Assembly (NCBI RefSeq): GCF_044704955.1
Contig: NC_092003.1
Coordinates: 8,432,001 to 8,496,000 of the forward strand
DNA: 64,000 nucleotides
Direction: 5' to 3'
Source of the DNA: Pristiophorus japonicus
Lineage: Eukaryota
A program made the position numbers and the translations under genes. Below the pieces are notes generated by a model. The model saw nothing but the letters and a program-made list of their open reading frames with translations, searched no databases and had not been told where the DNA came from. Numbering within the stretch: the stretch's first letter is position 1; each line of letters begins with the position of its first letter. Of this stretch, positions 12,166 to 23,645 are shown one piece after another.

Positions 12166-12829
12166 TTCTATTCTACAAGCGGTAGACGTGTTGAGGGGGC
12201 GTGGGATGAGGTCGGGGTTGGAGGGTGGCCGGTGTACAGGATCGGCCTGTAAGGGCCAAATGGCCGGTTTCTGCGCCTGTAAACACTGAATGATGCCCAG
12301 CAGCACCTTCTGGAGGAGTACCTGGGGAGGCCTTCCTTGCCATCGACGAGATTGAGAGTATAAAAGAAAACTTCAGCTATCTCGACGTGGGGCCCTGGGG
12401 CAGTGACTGCACGACTAGAGTGCGCACACAGGTTATCGTCTATTCCTCTCCCCCACCCATCCAGATTCCAGAGCCTGCCTGTGTACAAGGGGGGGGTAGT
12501 TTTCTCTTAAGTATAGGGTGCAGAGTGACACACCCATTGGAGCTTGATGGATGTTAATCCCTTAATCGTTCGCATGTCTGACATTGTCTCGTCAGAGCTT
12601 GAGCTGATCACTGAATCGGTGCCTCCGAGCTATCTTCTGGGTGTAAATATCAATTAGGGTTCATGCTGCAGTGCCCGAACAACTTAAGTCCTCCTTTAAA
12701 TATATACTATCAATGCAAATCTCATTGCCCTGGTGCCTCGGGCGAGAGGGAGTGCCTTCGCTGGCTGGCGGCACGCTCCAGCTCGATCCCAAGTGATGCC
12801 AGCCAAGGCTCCATGGGGTCCGCACTCTC

Positions 12830-13850
12830 TCTCGGCTCTGAGGCAGTGGGTCGCGGATCCTAGTGTGCCCCCGCTACGCATGCCATAATCCAGCCCCACA
12901 CTCTCAGTGCAGTGCTGAGGGAGCCCCGCACTGTCGGAGGGGCAGAACTGAGGGAGCGCCGCACTGTCGGAGGGGTAGTGCTGAGGGAGCGCCGTACTGC
13001 GCTGTCGGAGGGGCAGTACTGAGGGAGCGCCGCACTGTCGGAGGGGCAGTACTGAGGGAGCGCCGGAGGGGCGGTACTGAGGGAGCCCCGCACTGTCAGA
13101 GGGGCAGTGCTGAGGGAGCGCCACACTGTCGGAGGGGCGGTACTGAGGGAGCGCCGCACTGTCGGAGGGGCGGTACTGAAGGAGCCCCGCACTGTCAGAG
13201 GGGCAGTGCTGAGGGAGCGCCGCACTGTCGGAGGGGCGGTACTGAGGGAGCCCCGCACTGTCGGAGGGGCGGTACTGAGGGAGCGCCGCACTGCCGGAGG
13301 GGCGGTACTGAAGGAGCCCCGCACTGTCAGAGGGGCAGTGCTGAGGGAGCGCCGCACTGTCGGAGGGGCGGTACTGAGGGAGCCCCGCACTGTCGGAGGG
13401 GCGGTACTGAGGGAGCCCCGCACTGTCGGAGGGGCAGTACTGAGGGAGCCCCGCACTGTCGGAGGGGCGGTACTGAGGGAGCGCCGCACTGTCGGAGGGG
13501 CGGTACTGAGGGAGCGCCGCACTGTCGGAGGGGCAATGCTGAGAGAGCCTCGCACTGTCGGAGGGGCAATGCTGAGAGAGCCTCGTACTGTCGGAGGGGC
13601 AGTACTGAGGGAGCCCCGCACTGTCAGAGGGGTAGTGCTGAGGGAGCGCCGTACTGCGCTGTCGGAGGGGCGGTACTGAGGGAGCCCCGCACTGTCGGAG
13701 GTGTCATCTTTCAGATGAGATGTAAAAGATCCCATGTTCAAAGAAGAGCAGGGAAGTTCTCCCCGGTGTTCTGGGGCCAATATTTATCCCTCAACCAACA
13801 TCGCTAAAACAGGTGGTGATAGGCGCTATATAAATACAAGTCTTTCTTTC
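12830..13850 (+). mobile_element. DeuSINE-like element with 33-bp array (~12905-13700)
   Basis: Array of GGGGCGGTACTGAGGGAGCGCCGCACTGTCGGA; body and GGCGCTATATAAATACAAGTCTTTC tail. Confidence 0.85.
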
Positions 13851-13859
13851 ATTGCCCCA

Positions 13860-15200
13860 GAAACGTACCGGGCCGCCTCTCCTCGTAGCAACGCGCGGCT
13901 CCCGTCGTGCTGACGAGGGTATCGGCCCGAGGTGAGGGACGGCGGTCTGTGTCTCGGACCGCCGGTCCTCCCACGCCGCACGCACTGCGCCCTGTCCCGC
14001 CTTCCCGACACCGCGTAGCGATCGGAGGGCGTGGTGAAAATATCTGCGGCCTCTTCCCCTCCCCCCCCCGCAGGGTCGGCGACACGGCCCCGAGTCAAGC
14101 GGCCGCGAGCTGCGGCGGTTACCGGGGACATAAGCGCATCGTGGAACCCGTGTCTCGCTCCCCCCTCCCCACGGGCCTGCGCGAGGGGCTACCTGGAACC
14201 AAAGCCCTGGGGAAGAGGGCGCTGAGCATTCAAGCTCCAGTAACGCGGCTCATTCCCACCCTGCTGCGTTGTCGGATTCCATTGTGAGAGGACAGTGCAG
14301 CGGGATTGGGACAAAACAAACAGGATCCTTGCAGGGAGCAGGAGCACTCAAGTTGCCCGCAGGCAGACCTCGCTCGGGTCACTGGGGCCTCATCATCAGC
14401 ACCAGCCTGGGCCAGGCGGCCTGCCAGTTAACCCCTTCTCTCCCCAGCCGAGGCCTGGTCTTCCGGCACCGCACCAGGAGCGGGGCACGGCACGGCCTCT
14501 GGGGACCCGCGTGGCCCCTTTAATTAAAGGCGCAGCCAGGCGTGAAGCAATGGGCCTCACCCTCGCGGGTGGGAGGAGAAGATCCTGCAGGGGATAATTG
14601 GAGGCGAAGCGTTGTGTGTGGGGGGGGGAGGGGACATTCTCTCCTGGGGGGCAATGCTCCTTCCTTTGCCAGTGCCCCGGACTGAGGGAAAGGGACATTC
14701 GGTGGAACCGGTGGGACATGGGGAGGTGGAGTCGGGGGGGGGGGGGGGTGTGGGGGACACCAGGATTTATATGAGGGGGAGCGTGTGGGGAGGGCGGAGT
14801 TCGGGACTAGTCGGTGTTTATGTCAGGTGGGGTTGGGGGGGGGGGGGGAAGAGAGGGCTGAGGTGGGGGGGGAGCCGGTGAGGAGCCGAGCTGGGGACGC
14901 CAAGCCTGGATCGCGGTGGGGATGCGGGCCAGGTAACGCGCGGGGCTGGTTGCCTTTCTCCCGCCTGAATCGGGTTCCGAGGCGCTGTGCTGTCAGAGCA
15001 GTGCGTTTAGCAGGGCGCAAGTCAGCAGCCTCGTAGTGACCTTTCCCCCTTCCCCCCAACCCCTTTCCCCACCCCATTCCCTCCCCCCGCAGCTCACGAA
15101 ACCCTGGCTAGGGTTCACTAAACCTGGCGGTGATGCCTCCCACAGTCGAAGTGCCCAACTACAAAGGGCCGCGTGGGAAAGACAGGCGCTTGGTGGGAGC
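13860..15200. promoter_or_regulatory. Intronic CpG-rich, repeat-free island (candidate alternative promoter or enhancer)
   Basis: Visibly dense CpG, G-runs, palindrome CCTTTAATTAAAGG (~14517-14530), donor-like CAG|GTAACG at ~14932. Confidence 0.45.
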
Positions 15201-15595
15201 CTGTGAATAAGCGGGTACGATGGTTGCTGTGAATGGGTTTGGTTGGCGGAGGTGCAGGGAAAGAGTTAAAGAATTCGAGTTGCTGCCGGGCGAAAAAAGG
15301 GATCGGGCTCCTGGTTGTTTCTCTGGGCTAATTTGCAGATAAGAGGTTTCCCAAGCTGCAGCAGATGCTGACGAAATAATTACTGGTCTCTATCACTGGG
15401 CCCTGAGTTTGTTGAAGCGCGCCAGTCTGCCCTCACAGGTAAATATCTGGCAATCAGATAAGGGCCCATGAAACTCCAGGGCCGAGGCTTGGCTCTCAGC
15501 ACCTGACACCGCAGAACAATGTGTACCTAGTGTCGGAATCAGCCAGCAATTTAATCACCGCTTTCGCATAACTGCTCGTCACTGCAGCAGCTGTA

Positions 15596-16855
15596 CTCTG
15601 TTATTGTATATATAAACCCCCTGAACCCCTCGATTAGATTCCAGCCTGTAACTCACTCCCGGGTATCGGTTATTCTATATATAAACCCCCCGAACCCCTC
15701 GATTAGATTCCAGCCTGCAACCTACTCCCGGGTATCTGTTATTCTATATATAAACCCCCTGAACCCCTCGATTAGATTCCAGCCTGTAACTCACTCCCGG
15801 GTATCGGTTATTCTATATATAAACCCCCCGAACCCCTCGATTAGATTCCAGCCTGTAACCTACTCCCGGGTATCTGTTATTGTATATATAAACCCCCTGA
15901 ACCCCTCGATTAGATTCCAGCCTGTAACCTACTCCCGGGTATCTGTTATTGTATATATAACCCCCCCCTGAAACCCTCGATTAGATTCCAGCCTGTAACC
16001 TACTCCCGGGTATCTGTTATTGTATATATAAACCCCCCCTGAACCCCTCGATTAGATTCCAGCCTGTAACTCACTCCCGGGTGCATGTTATTCTATATAT
16101 AAACCCCCTGAACCCCTCGATTAGATTCCAGCCTGTAACTCACTCCCGGGTGCATGTTATTCTATATATAAACCCCCTGAACCCCTCAATTAGATTCCAG
16201 CCTGTAACTCACTCCCGGGTATGTTATTCTATATATAAACCCCCTGAACCCCTCGATTAGATTCCAGCCTGTAATTCACTCCCGGGTATGTTATTCTATA
16301 TATAAACCCCCAAAACCCCTCGATTAGATTCCAGCCTGTAACTCACTCCTGGGTATCTGTTAATCTATATATAAACCCCCCGAACCCCTCGATTAGATTC
16401 CAGCCTGTAACTCACTCCCGGGTATCTGTTATTCTATGTATAAACTCCCTGAACCCCTCGATTAGATTCCAGCCTGTAACTCACTCCCGGGTATCTGTTA
16501 TTCTATATATAAACCCCCCCCCCAAACCTCTCGATTAGATTCCAGCCTGTAACTCACTACCGGGTATCCGTTATTCTACATATAAACCCCCCGAACCCCT
16601 CGATTAGATTCCAGCCTGTAACCTACTCCCGGGTATCTGTTATTCTATATATAAATCCCTCGATTAGATTCCAGCCTGTAACTCTCGGGTAAGCGTTATT
16701 CTATATATAAACCCCTGAACCCCTCGATTAGATTCCAGTCTGTAACTTACTCCCGGGTATCCGTTATTCTATATATAAACCCCCATGAACACCTCGATTA
16801 GATTCCAGCCTGTAACTCACTCCCGGGTATCCGTTAGTCTATATATAAACCCCCC
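15596..16855. repeat. 69-bp minisatellite, ~18 copies
   Basis: TCTGTTATTCTATATATAAACCCCCTGAACCCCTCGATTAGATTCCAGCCTGTAACTCACTCCCGGGTA; GATTAG at 15632 and 15701 gives the period. Confidence 0.95.
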
Positions 16856-17084
16856 AATCTGCACCCCACCCCCTCAAAGTGGTTCCGTCACCAGTGACCG
16901 ACTCTAAACACCATTAATCTTCTGCTCAACAATCTCTCTCTCCAGAGTCTGCCAATCTGGCAATATCGACTGAATTGTTTTTTAAACACCTTTCAAGTTA
17001 ACACTGCTCGCACCCACCATAAGCTCGGTGCTCAGTGTTCAATCTGTCCCTCTCTTTGTTGAGGCTTGTGTGCCAGCTCCATCC

Positions 17085-17335
17085 ATATGAGGAGAAATTA
17101 GCGCAGGCGACCTAAAGCTTGGTTAATAAGGCAGCTTTTAAGGAGCGTCTTCAAGGCAGAGAGCGAGGCAGAGAGGTTCAGGGAGGGAGTTCCAGAGCTT
17201 GGGGCCCAGGCAGCTGAAGGCACGGCCACCAATGGTTGAGCAATTATAATCAGGGATGCTCGAGAGGGCACAATTAGAGGAGCGCTGAGATCTCGGGGGG
17301 GGTTGTGGGGCTGGAGGAGATTACAGAGATTACCT
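17085..17335 (-). mobile_element. L2 LINE 3' fragment
   Basis: LCNLLQPHNPPR...GRAFSCLGPKLWNSLP on - strand. Confidence 0.8.
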
Positions 17336-17407
17336 GCTTGAGGGATGGAAGATGGATTCTGTAATCTATGCACATGTTCTTAAGCTCACAGGTTTGTAGA
17401 GTTGTTG

Positions 17408-18064
17408 CCTCATCTTGCTGTCCGGAGGAGGCGGGGGTCCCCGATGGAGTGCACTCTACGTGGGAGTCCACCCACTATTTATCGGGGACTTGGCCTGGAG
17501 GGTGGTGCACGGAGCAGTCCCGTGCAACAAATTTCTAAGCCGGTTCACGGGCTCCCAGGCTGCCTGCAATTTCTGCGGTCTGGAAGAGTCCGTGTTCCAC
17601 GTTTTTATTGAATGTACGAGGTTGCAGCCCCTGTTCCATTATTTAAAGGGGCTGCTCCTCAATTTCTGGTTGCACTTCAGTCCCACACTCCTGATCTTTG
17701 GGCACCCTGTGCGGAGGGGAGCGGGTAGGTCCGAGGGCCTCCTCGTAGGACTGCTCCTGGGCCTTGCCAAGGGGGCCATCAGCCGGTCCAGGCAGCGGGC
17801 GGTCGTTCAGCCCGACTGCCTGCCTCTCTTCCACGGTTACATCCGCGCCAGGGTGTCCTTGGAGATGGAGCACGCGGTGTCCACCGGTACGCTCGCGGCC
17901 CTTCCGCGAGAGGTGGGCGCCGGAGGGACTGGAGTGCATCAACTCAACAGGGAACAACATTTTAATTTGATTTGACACTGTTCCTTTTAATGTCTGATAG
18001 TTAATTTGTGAGTTTTGGTGCCCTTAAAAAATGGAGCATTTGATTTAAAGTTATACAAAAATAG
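17408..18064 (+). mobile_element. Tx1/L1-clade LINE 3' fragment with 14-bp TSD, inserted in an LTR-like sequence (~17360-18215)
   Basis: DLAWRVVHGAVPCN...CNFCGLEESVFHVFIEC zinc knuckle typical of L1/Tx1 ORF2. TSD TTGTAGAGYTGTTG at 17394-17407 and 18065-18078. Confidence 0.8.
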
Positions 18065-18215
18065 TTGTAGAGCTGTTGAGTTGGGAGTGGCTTAGCCAGT
18101 CACGTGATGTTCAGAAGACTCAATAAAACCCCGGCCAGTTGGGTTCGGGGGATCTACGATGGGGCAGGTGGTTGTGAGCCTGGTGGATGAACTGGTAATG
18201 TGCAGTGCAATTGTT

Positions 18216-18770
18216 AAACCTGGAGTACTGCATGCAGTTTTGGTTTCCATATTTACGAAAGGATATACTTGCTTTGGAGGCAGTTCAGAGAAGATTCACT
18301 CGGTTGATTCCGGGGATGAGGGGGTTGACTTATGAGGAAAGGTTGAGTAGGTTGGGCCTCTACTCATTGGAATTCAGAAGAATGAGAGGTGATCTTATCG
18401 AAATGTATAAGATTATGAGGGGGCTTGACAAGGTGGATTCAGAGAGGATGTTTCCACTGATGGGGGAGACTAGAACTAGGGGGCATGATCTTAGAATAAG
18501 GGGCCACCCATTTAAAACTGAGATGAAGAGAAATTTCTTCTCCTCTGGGGGTTGTAAATCTGTGGAATTCGCTGCCTCAGAGAGCTGTGGAAGCTGGGAC
18601 ATTGAATAAATTTAAGACAGAGATAGACAGTTTCTTAACCGATAAGAGAATAAAGGCCGGGCAGGGAAGTGGAGCTGAGTCCATGATCGGATCAGCCATG
18701 ATCGTATTAAATGGTGGAGCAGGCTCGAGGGGCCGAATGGCCTACTCCTGCTCCTATTTCTGATGTTCTT
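18216..18770 (+). mobile_element. CR1 LINE 3' fragment
   Basis: LEYCMQFWFPYLRKDILALEAVQRRFTRLIPGMRGLTYEERL. Confidence 0.9.
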
Positions 18771-19039
18771 TGCGAGTAAACCAGCTCGTTCTTTACAGCA
18801 AATGTATAGCAATGAGCCCATGAAGCAAATACATTACAGATTCAAACCTCGAGCGGTGGATCCGGGAGTGCAACAGCTGCTGACTGAGCCAAATGGACAC
18901 ATCATGGACCCAGCTTCCTTTTATTTATTTGTTCCTGGGATGTGGGCATGGCTGGCACGGCCAGCAATTAATTATTGCCCATCCCTAATCGCCCTCGAGG
19001 AGACAGTGGTGTTTTGCATTGCAGTTCTGTACAACTGAA

Positions 19040-20150
19040 AAACTTGGATTTATATAGCGCCTTTCACGACCACCAGGTGTCTATAAGCGCTTTACAGCCA
19101 ATGAAGTACTTTTGCAGTGTAGAATGTGGGAAACGCAGCAGCTGATTTGCGCACAGCAAGCTCCCACAAACAGCAATGTGATAATGACCCAGATCATCTG
19201 TTTTAGTGATGTTGGTTGAGGGATAAATATTGGCCCCAGGACACCGGGGAGAACTCCCCTGCTCTTCTTCCAATAGTGGCCGTGGGATCTTTTACGTCCA
19301 CTTGAGAGAGCAGTCGGCGCCTCGGTTTAACGTCTCATCCGAAAGATGACACCTCCGACAGTGCCGCACTCCCTCAGTACTGCCCCTCCGACAGTGCGGC
19401 GCTCCCTCAGTACTGCCCCTCCGACAGTGCGGCACTCCCTCAGTACTGCCCCTCCGACAGTGCGGCGCTCCCTCAGTACTGCCCCTCCGACAGTGCCACG
19501 CTCCCTCAGTACTGCCCCTCCGAGAGTGCCGCGCTCCCTCAGTACTGCCCCTCCGACAGTGCGGCGCTCCCTCAGTACTGCCCCTCCGACAGTGCCGCGC
19601 TCCCTCAAAACCGTCCCTCCGACAGTGCGGCACTCCCTCAGTACTGCCCCTCTGACAGTGCGGCACTCCCTCAGTACTGCCCCTCTGACAGCGCAGTACG
19701 GCGCTCCCTCAGCACTGCCCCTCCGACAGCACAGTACGGCGCTCCCTCAGCACTGCCCCTCCGTCAGCACAGTACGGCGCTCCCTCAGCACTGCCCCTCC
19801 GACAGTGCAGTACGGCACTCCCTCAGTACTGCCCCTCCGACAGTACGGCGCTCCCTCAGCACTGCCTCTCCGACAGCGCAGTACGGCGCTCCCTCAGCAC
19901 TGCCCCTCCGACAGCACAGTACGGCGCTCCCTCAGTACTGCCCCTCCGATAGTACGGCGCTCCCTCAGCACTGCCTCTCCGACAGTGCAGTACGGCGCTC
20001 CCTCAGCACTGCCCCTCCGACAGCGCAGTATGGCGCTCCCTCAGCACTGCACCTCCGACAGTACGGCGCTTTCTCAGCACTGCATTGGGAGTATCAGCCT
20101 AGATTTGTTTGTGCTCAAGTCGCGGGAGGAAGGACTGGAACCCAGTGTGT
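19040..20150 (-). mobile_element. DeuSINE-like element with 33/38-bp array (~19351-20085)
   Basis: Tail, body and array as in the other copies. Confidence 0.9.
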
Positions 20151-20306
20151 GTCTCGCTGGGCCATTTCAGATGGGCAGTTAAGAGACAACCACATCGCGG
20201 TGGGGTCTGGGGTCACGCAGCAGCCAGACCGGGCTAAGGGCGGCAGATTTCCTTCCCTAAAGGACATTAGTCTGATGCCAGTTTGTGCTTATTTTTATCT
20301 TCACAG

Positions 20307-20778
20307 TCTCTGTCGCGGGGACCTGAGGAATTGGAGGCACATCAGCTACATCGACGGGTGCCGGAGATTTACCTGGGCAGCATCGGGCAGCGCCATGCCT
20401 ATCCCGACCCGGGGGCACCGAACTCTGACCTGGCCCTGGCCGCCAATCTCTCCCGCCCAGAGGCCGCTGGTGGGCCGGGAGGGGCACCACGCGGCGGCAG
20501 CAGCGGGACCCCCGCAGAAGGGGCGGTGAGGGTCTGCCCGTCACCCGCCAGGCCGGGAGCCTCTCCACCCGCAAGCTTGGCGGCCGAAGACCCGCGCGGA
20601 ATGGCACCGGTCCCGGGCAAGGAGCGCCTGTTCTCGGCCTCCGCCGGTCCGGCCGAGACCACCCCCGGGCCCCAGGAGACGGACCGCGGCTCGGGCGAGC
20701 TGAAGCGGCTGGGCTCGGGGATGCAGCTAGTCGACGGGCCTCTGGACAGTCCGGACTCCGATTCCCGGCCCAGCTCAG
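20307..20778 (+). CDS. dact4: Dact-family coding exon 2
   Basis: Acceptor TTTTTATCTTCACAG|TCT (phase 0), open 472 nt, ends DSDSRPSS-G (the Dact SRPSSG motif); donor CAG|GTGATT, phase 1. Confidence 0.85.
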
Positions 20779-20814
20779 GTGATTGTGGGGGCAGGAGGGG
20801 GCCACGTGGTGATA

Positions 20815-22130
20815 ATACCTCCGTAACATCGCCAGTCTCCGCCCCTGCCTCCGCTCTTCCGCTGCTGAAGCCCTCATCCGTGCCTTTGTTCCCTCTAGAC
20901 TTGACTATTCCAACGCACTCCTGGCCGGCCTCTCACATTCTACCCCACGTAAACTAGTGATCCAAAACTCGGCTGGCCCCTGTCCGAACTCGCACCGAGT
21001 CCCGCTCACCCATCACCCCCTGTGCTCGCTGACCCCGTGTCCTAACTCGCAGCGAGTCCCGCTCACCCATCACCCCCTGTGCTCGCTGCCCGTGTCCTAA
21101 CTCGCACCGAGTCCTGCTCACCCATCACCCCCTGTGCTCGCTGCCCCGTGTCCTAACTCACACCGAGTCCCGCTCACCCATCACCCCCTGTGCTCGCTGC
21201 CCGTGTCCTAACTCGCACCGAGTCCTGCTCACCCATCACCCCCTGTGCTCGCTGCCCCGTGTCCTAACTCACACCGAGTCCCGCTCACCCATCACCCCCT
21301 GTGCTCACTGCCCCGTGTCCTAACTCGCACCGAGTCCCGCTCACCCATCACCCTGTGCTCGCTGCCCCGTGTCCTAACTCACACCGAGTCCCGCTCACCC
21401 ATCACCCCCTGTGCTCGCTGCCCCGTGTCTTAACTCACACCGAGTCCCGCTCACCCATCACCCCCTGTGCTCGCTGCCCCGTGTCCTAACTCACACCGAG
21501 TCCCGCTCACCCATCACCCCCTGTGCTCGCTGCCCCGTGTCCTAACTCGCACCGAGTCCCGCTCACCCATCACCCTGTGCTCGCTGCCCCGTGTCCTAAC
21601 TCACACCGAGTCCCGCTCACCCATCACCCCCTGTGCTCGCTGCCCCGTGTCTTAACTCACACCGAGTCCCGCTCACCCATCACCCCCTGTGCTCGCTGAC
21701 CTACATTGGCTCCCGGTCCAGCAACGCCTCGATTTCAAAATTCTCATCCTTGTTTACAAATCCCTCCATGGCCCTCGCCCCTCCCTATCTCTGTAATCTC
21801 CTCCAGCCCCACAACCCCCCCCGAGATCTCTGCGCTCTCCAATTCTGCCCTTCTGAACATCCCTGATTATAATCGCTCCACCATCGGTGGCCGTGCCTTC
21901 TGTTGCCTGGGCCCCAAGCTCTGGAACTCCCTCCCTAAACCTCTCCGCCTCTCTCTCCTCCTTCAAGCCACACCTTAAAACCGACCTCTTTGACCCAGCT
22001 TTTGGTCACCTGCGCTAATTTCTCCTTATGCGGCTCGATGTCAAATTTTTCATCTCATAACACTCCTGTGAAGCCTCTTGGGACGTTTCACTACGTTAAA
22101 GGCGCTATATAAATATCAGTTGTTGTTGTT
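20815..22130 (+). mobile_element. L2 LINE 3' fragment with 56-bp array (~20980-21700, ~13 units)
   Basis: LDYSNALLAG..., array, LHWLPVQQRLDFKILILVYKSLHG, GGCGCTATATAAAT..(GTT)n tail. Confidence 0.9.
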
Positions 22131-22134
22131 AAGA

Positions 22135-22830
22135 ATTAGCGCCATATACAGGGGCTAAATTCAGAGGACAGATCACACAAACTGGGCCTGTATTCCCTCG
22201 AGTGTCGAAGATTAAGGGATGACCTAATTGAGGTGTTTTAGACAATTAAAGGGTTCGATGGGGTAGATCGAGAGAAACTGTCTCCTCTGGTGGGGGGAGT
22301 CCATAGCAAGGGGGCATCACCTTAAAATTAGGGCCCGGCCGCTCAGGGTGATGTCAGGAAACACCTCTTCACACAAAGGGCAGTGGGAATCTGGAAAACT
22401 CTCCCCCCAAAAATGCTGTTGAGGCTGAGGGTCAATTGAAAACTTAACAATCAATAGTTTTTTTGTTGGGTAAGAGTATTGAGGGTTACGGAACCAAGAG
22501 CAGCCACGATCTGATTGAATGGCGGAACAGGCTCGAGGGGCCGAATGGGCCTCCTCCTGTTCCTATGGTAACGGGCTCGAGGGGCTGAATGGGCCTCCTC
22601 CTGTTACTATGGTAACAGGCCCGAGGGGCTGAATGGGCCTCCTCCTGTTCCTATGGTAACAGGCTCGAGGGGCTGAATGGGCCTCCTCCTGTTCCTATGG
22701 TAACAGGCTAGATGGGCTGAATGGGCCTGCTCCTGTTCCTGTGCAACAGTCTCGAGGGGCTGAATGGGCCTCCTCCTGTTCCTGTGCAACAGGCTCGAGG
22801 GGCTGAATGGGCCTCCTCCTGTTCCTGCGG
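22135..22830 (+). mobile_element. CR1 3' fragment whose terminal segment is expanded into a 44-bp array (~22527-22827, ~7 copies)
   Basis: Unit ACAGGCTCGAGGGGCTGAATGGGCCTCCTCCTGTTCCTATGGTA; GGGGCTGAAT at 22581 and 22625. Confidence 0.85.
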
Positions 22831-23071
22831 TCCGATCTCTGGCACACGCACCAGCTCTTGGCCTCGTGGTGGTGACCTATCCCCTGGGTGGATGCGGGCT
22901 GAGCCAGTCTCTAGCCCTTTCTCCTATCCTTTGTCTCTGCCCTGAAGGCTGATCCACTCCCCATCGGGAGTACCCAGAACTTCAGGACAAAAGCCGGGGA
23001 AATTAGGCCAGAGTTGAGGGAGATTTGAGGGACAGACTAACTGGAGAGTTCAGGCAGGCTAGTGGCAGGCA

Positions 23072-23548
23072 GGTACAGCTAGCAATAAGGAAGGTAAATG
23101 GCACGTTGTCCTTTATAATGTGGATAAAGGTGAGGTTATCCACTTTGGTGGCAAAAACAGAAAGGCGGAATATTATCTGAATGGCGGCAGATTAGGAAAA
23201 GGGGAGGTGGACCGAGACCTGGGTGTCATGGTACATCAGTCATTGAAAGTGGGCATACAGGTACAGCAGGCGGTGAAGAAGGCAAATGGCATGTTGGCCT
23301 TCATAGCGAGAGGATTTGAGTATAGGAGCAGGGAGGTCTTACTGCAGCTGTACAGGGCCTTGGTGAGGCCACACCTTAAATATTGTGTTCAGTTTTGGTC
23401 TCCTAATCTGAGGAAGGACGTTCTTGCTATTGAAGGAGTGCAGCGAAGGTTCACCAGACTGATTCCCGGGATGGCACGACTGACATATGAAGAAAGACTG
23501 GATCGACTAGGCTTATATTCACTGGAATTTAGAAGAATGAGAGGGGAT
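23072..23548 (+). mobile_element. CR1 fragment, left part of the host interrupted by the intact CR1
   Basis: VIHFGGKN...RPHLKYCVQFWSP...FRRMRGD; the reading continues as LIET at 26641. Confidence 0.9.
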
Positions 23549-23645
23549 AGAAACATAGAAACATAGAAAATAGGTGCAGGAGCAGGCCATTCAGCCCTTC
23601 TAGCCTGCACCGCCATTCAATGAGTTCATGGCTGAACATGAAACT

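Noticed and set aside
14921-14932. ATGCGGGCCAG|GTAACG as an alternative coding first exon of Dact
   Set aside because: It ends in phase 2, incompatible with phase-0 exon 2, so at most it is a non-coding exon.
15596-16855. CRISPR-like appearance of the regular arrays (also the 33-, 56- and 68-bp arrays)
   Set aside because: Units are contiguous with no unique spacers, there are no cas genes, and the context is vertebrate.
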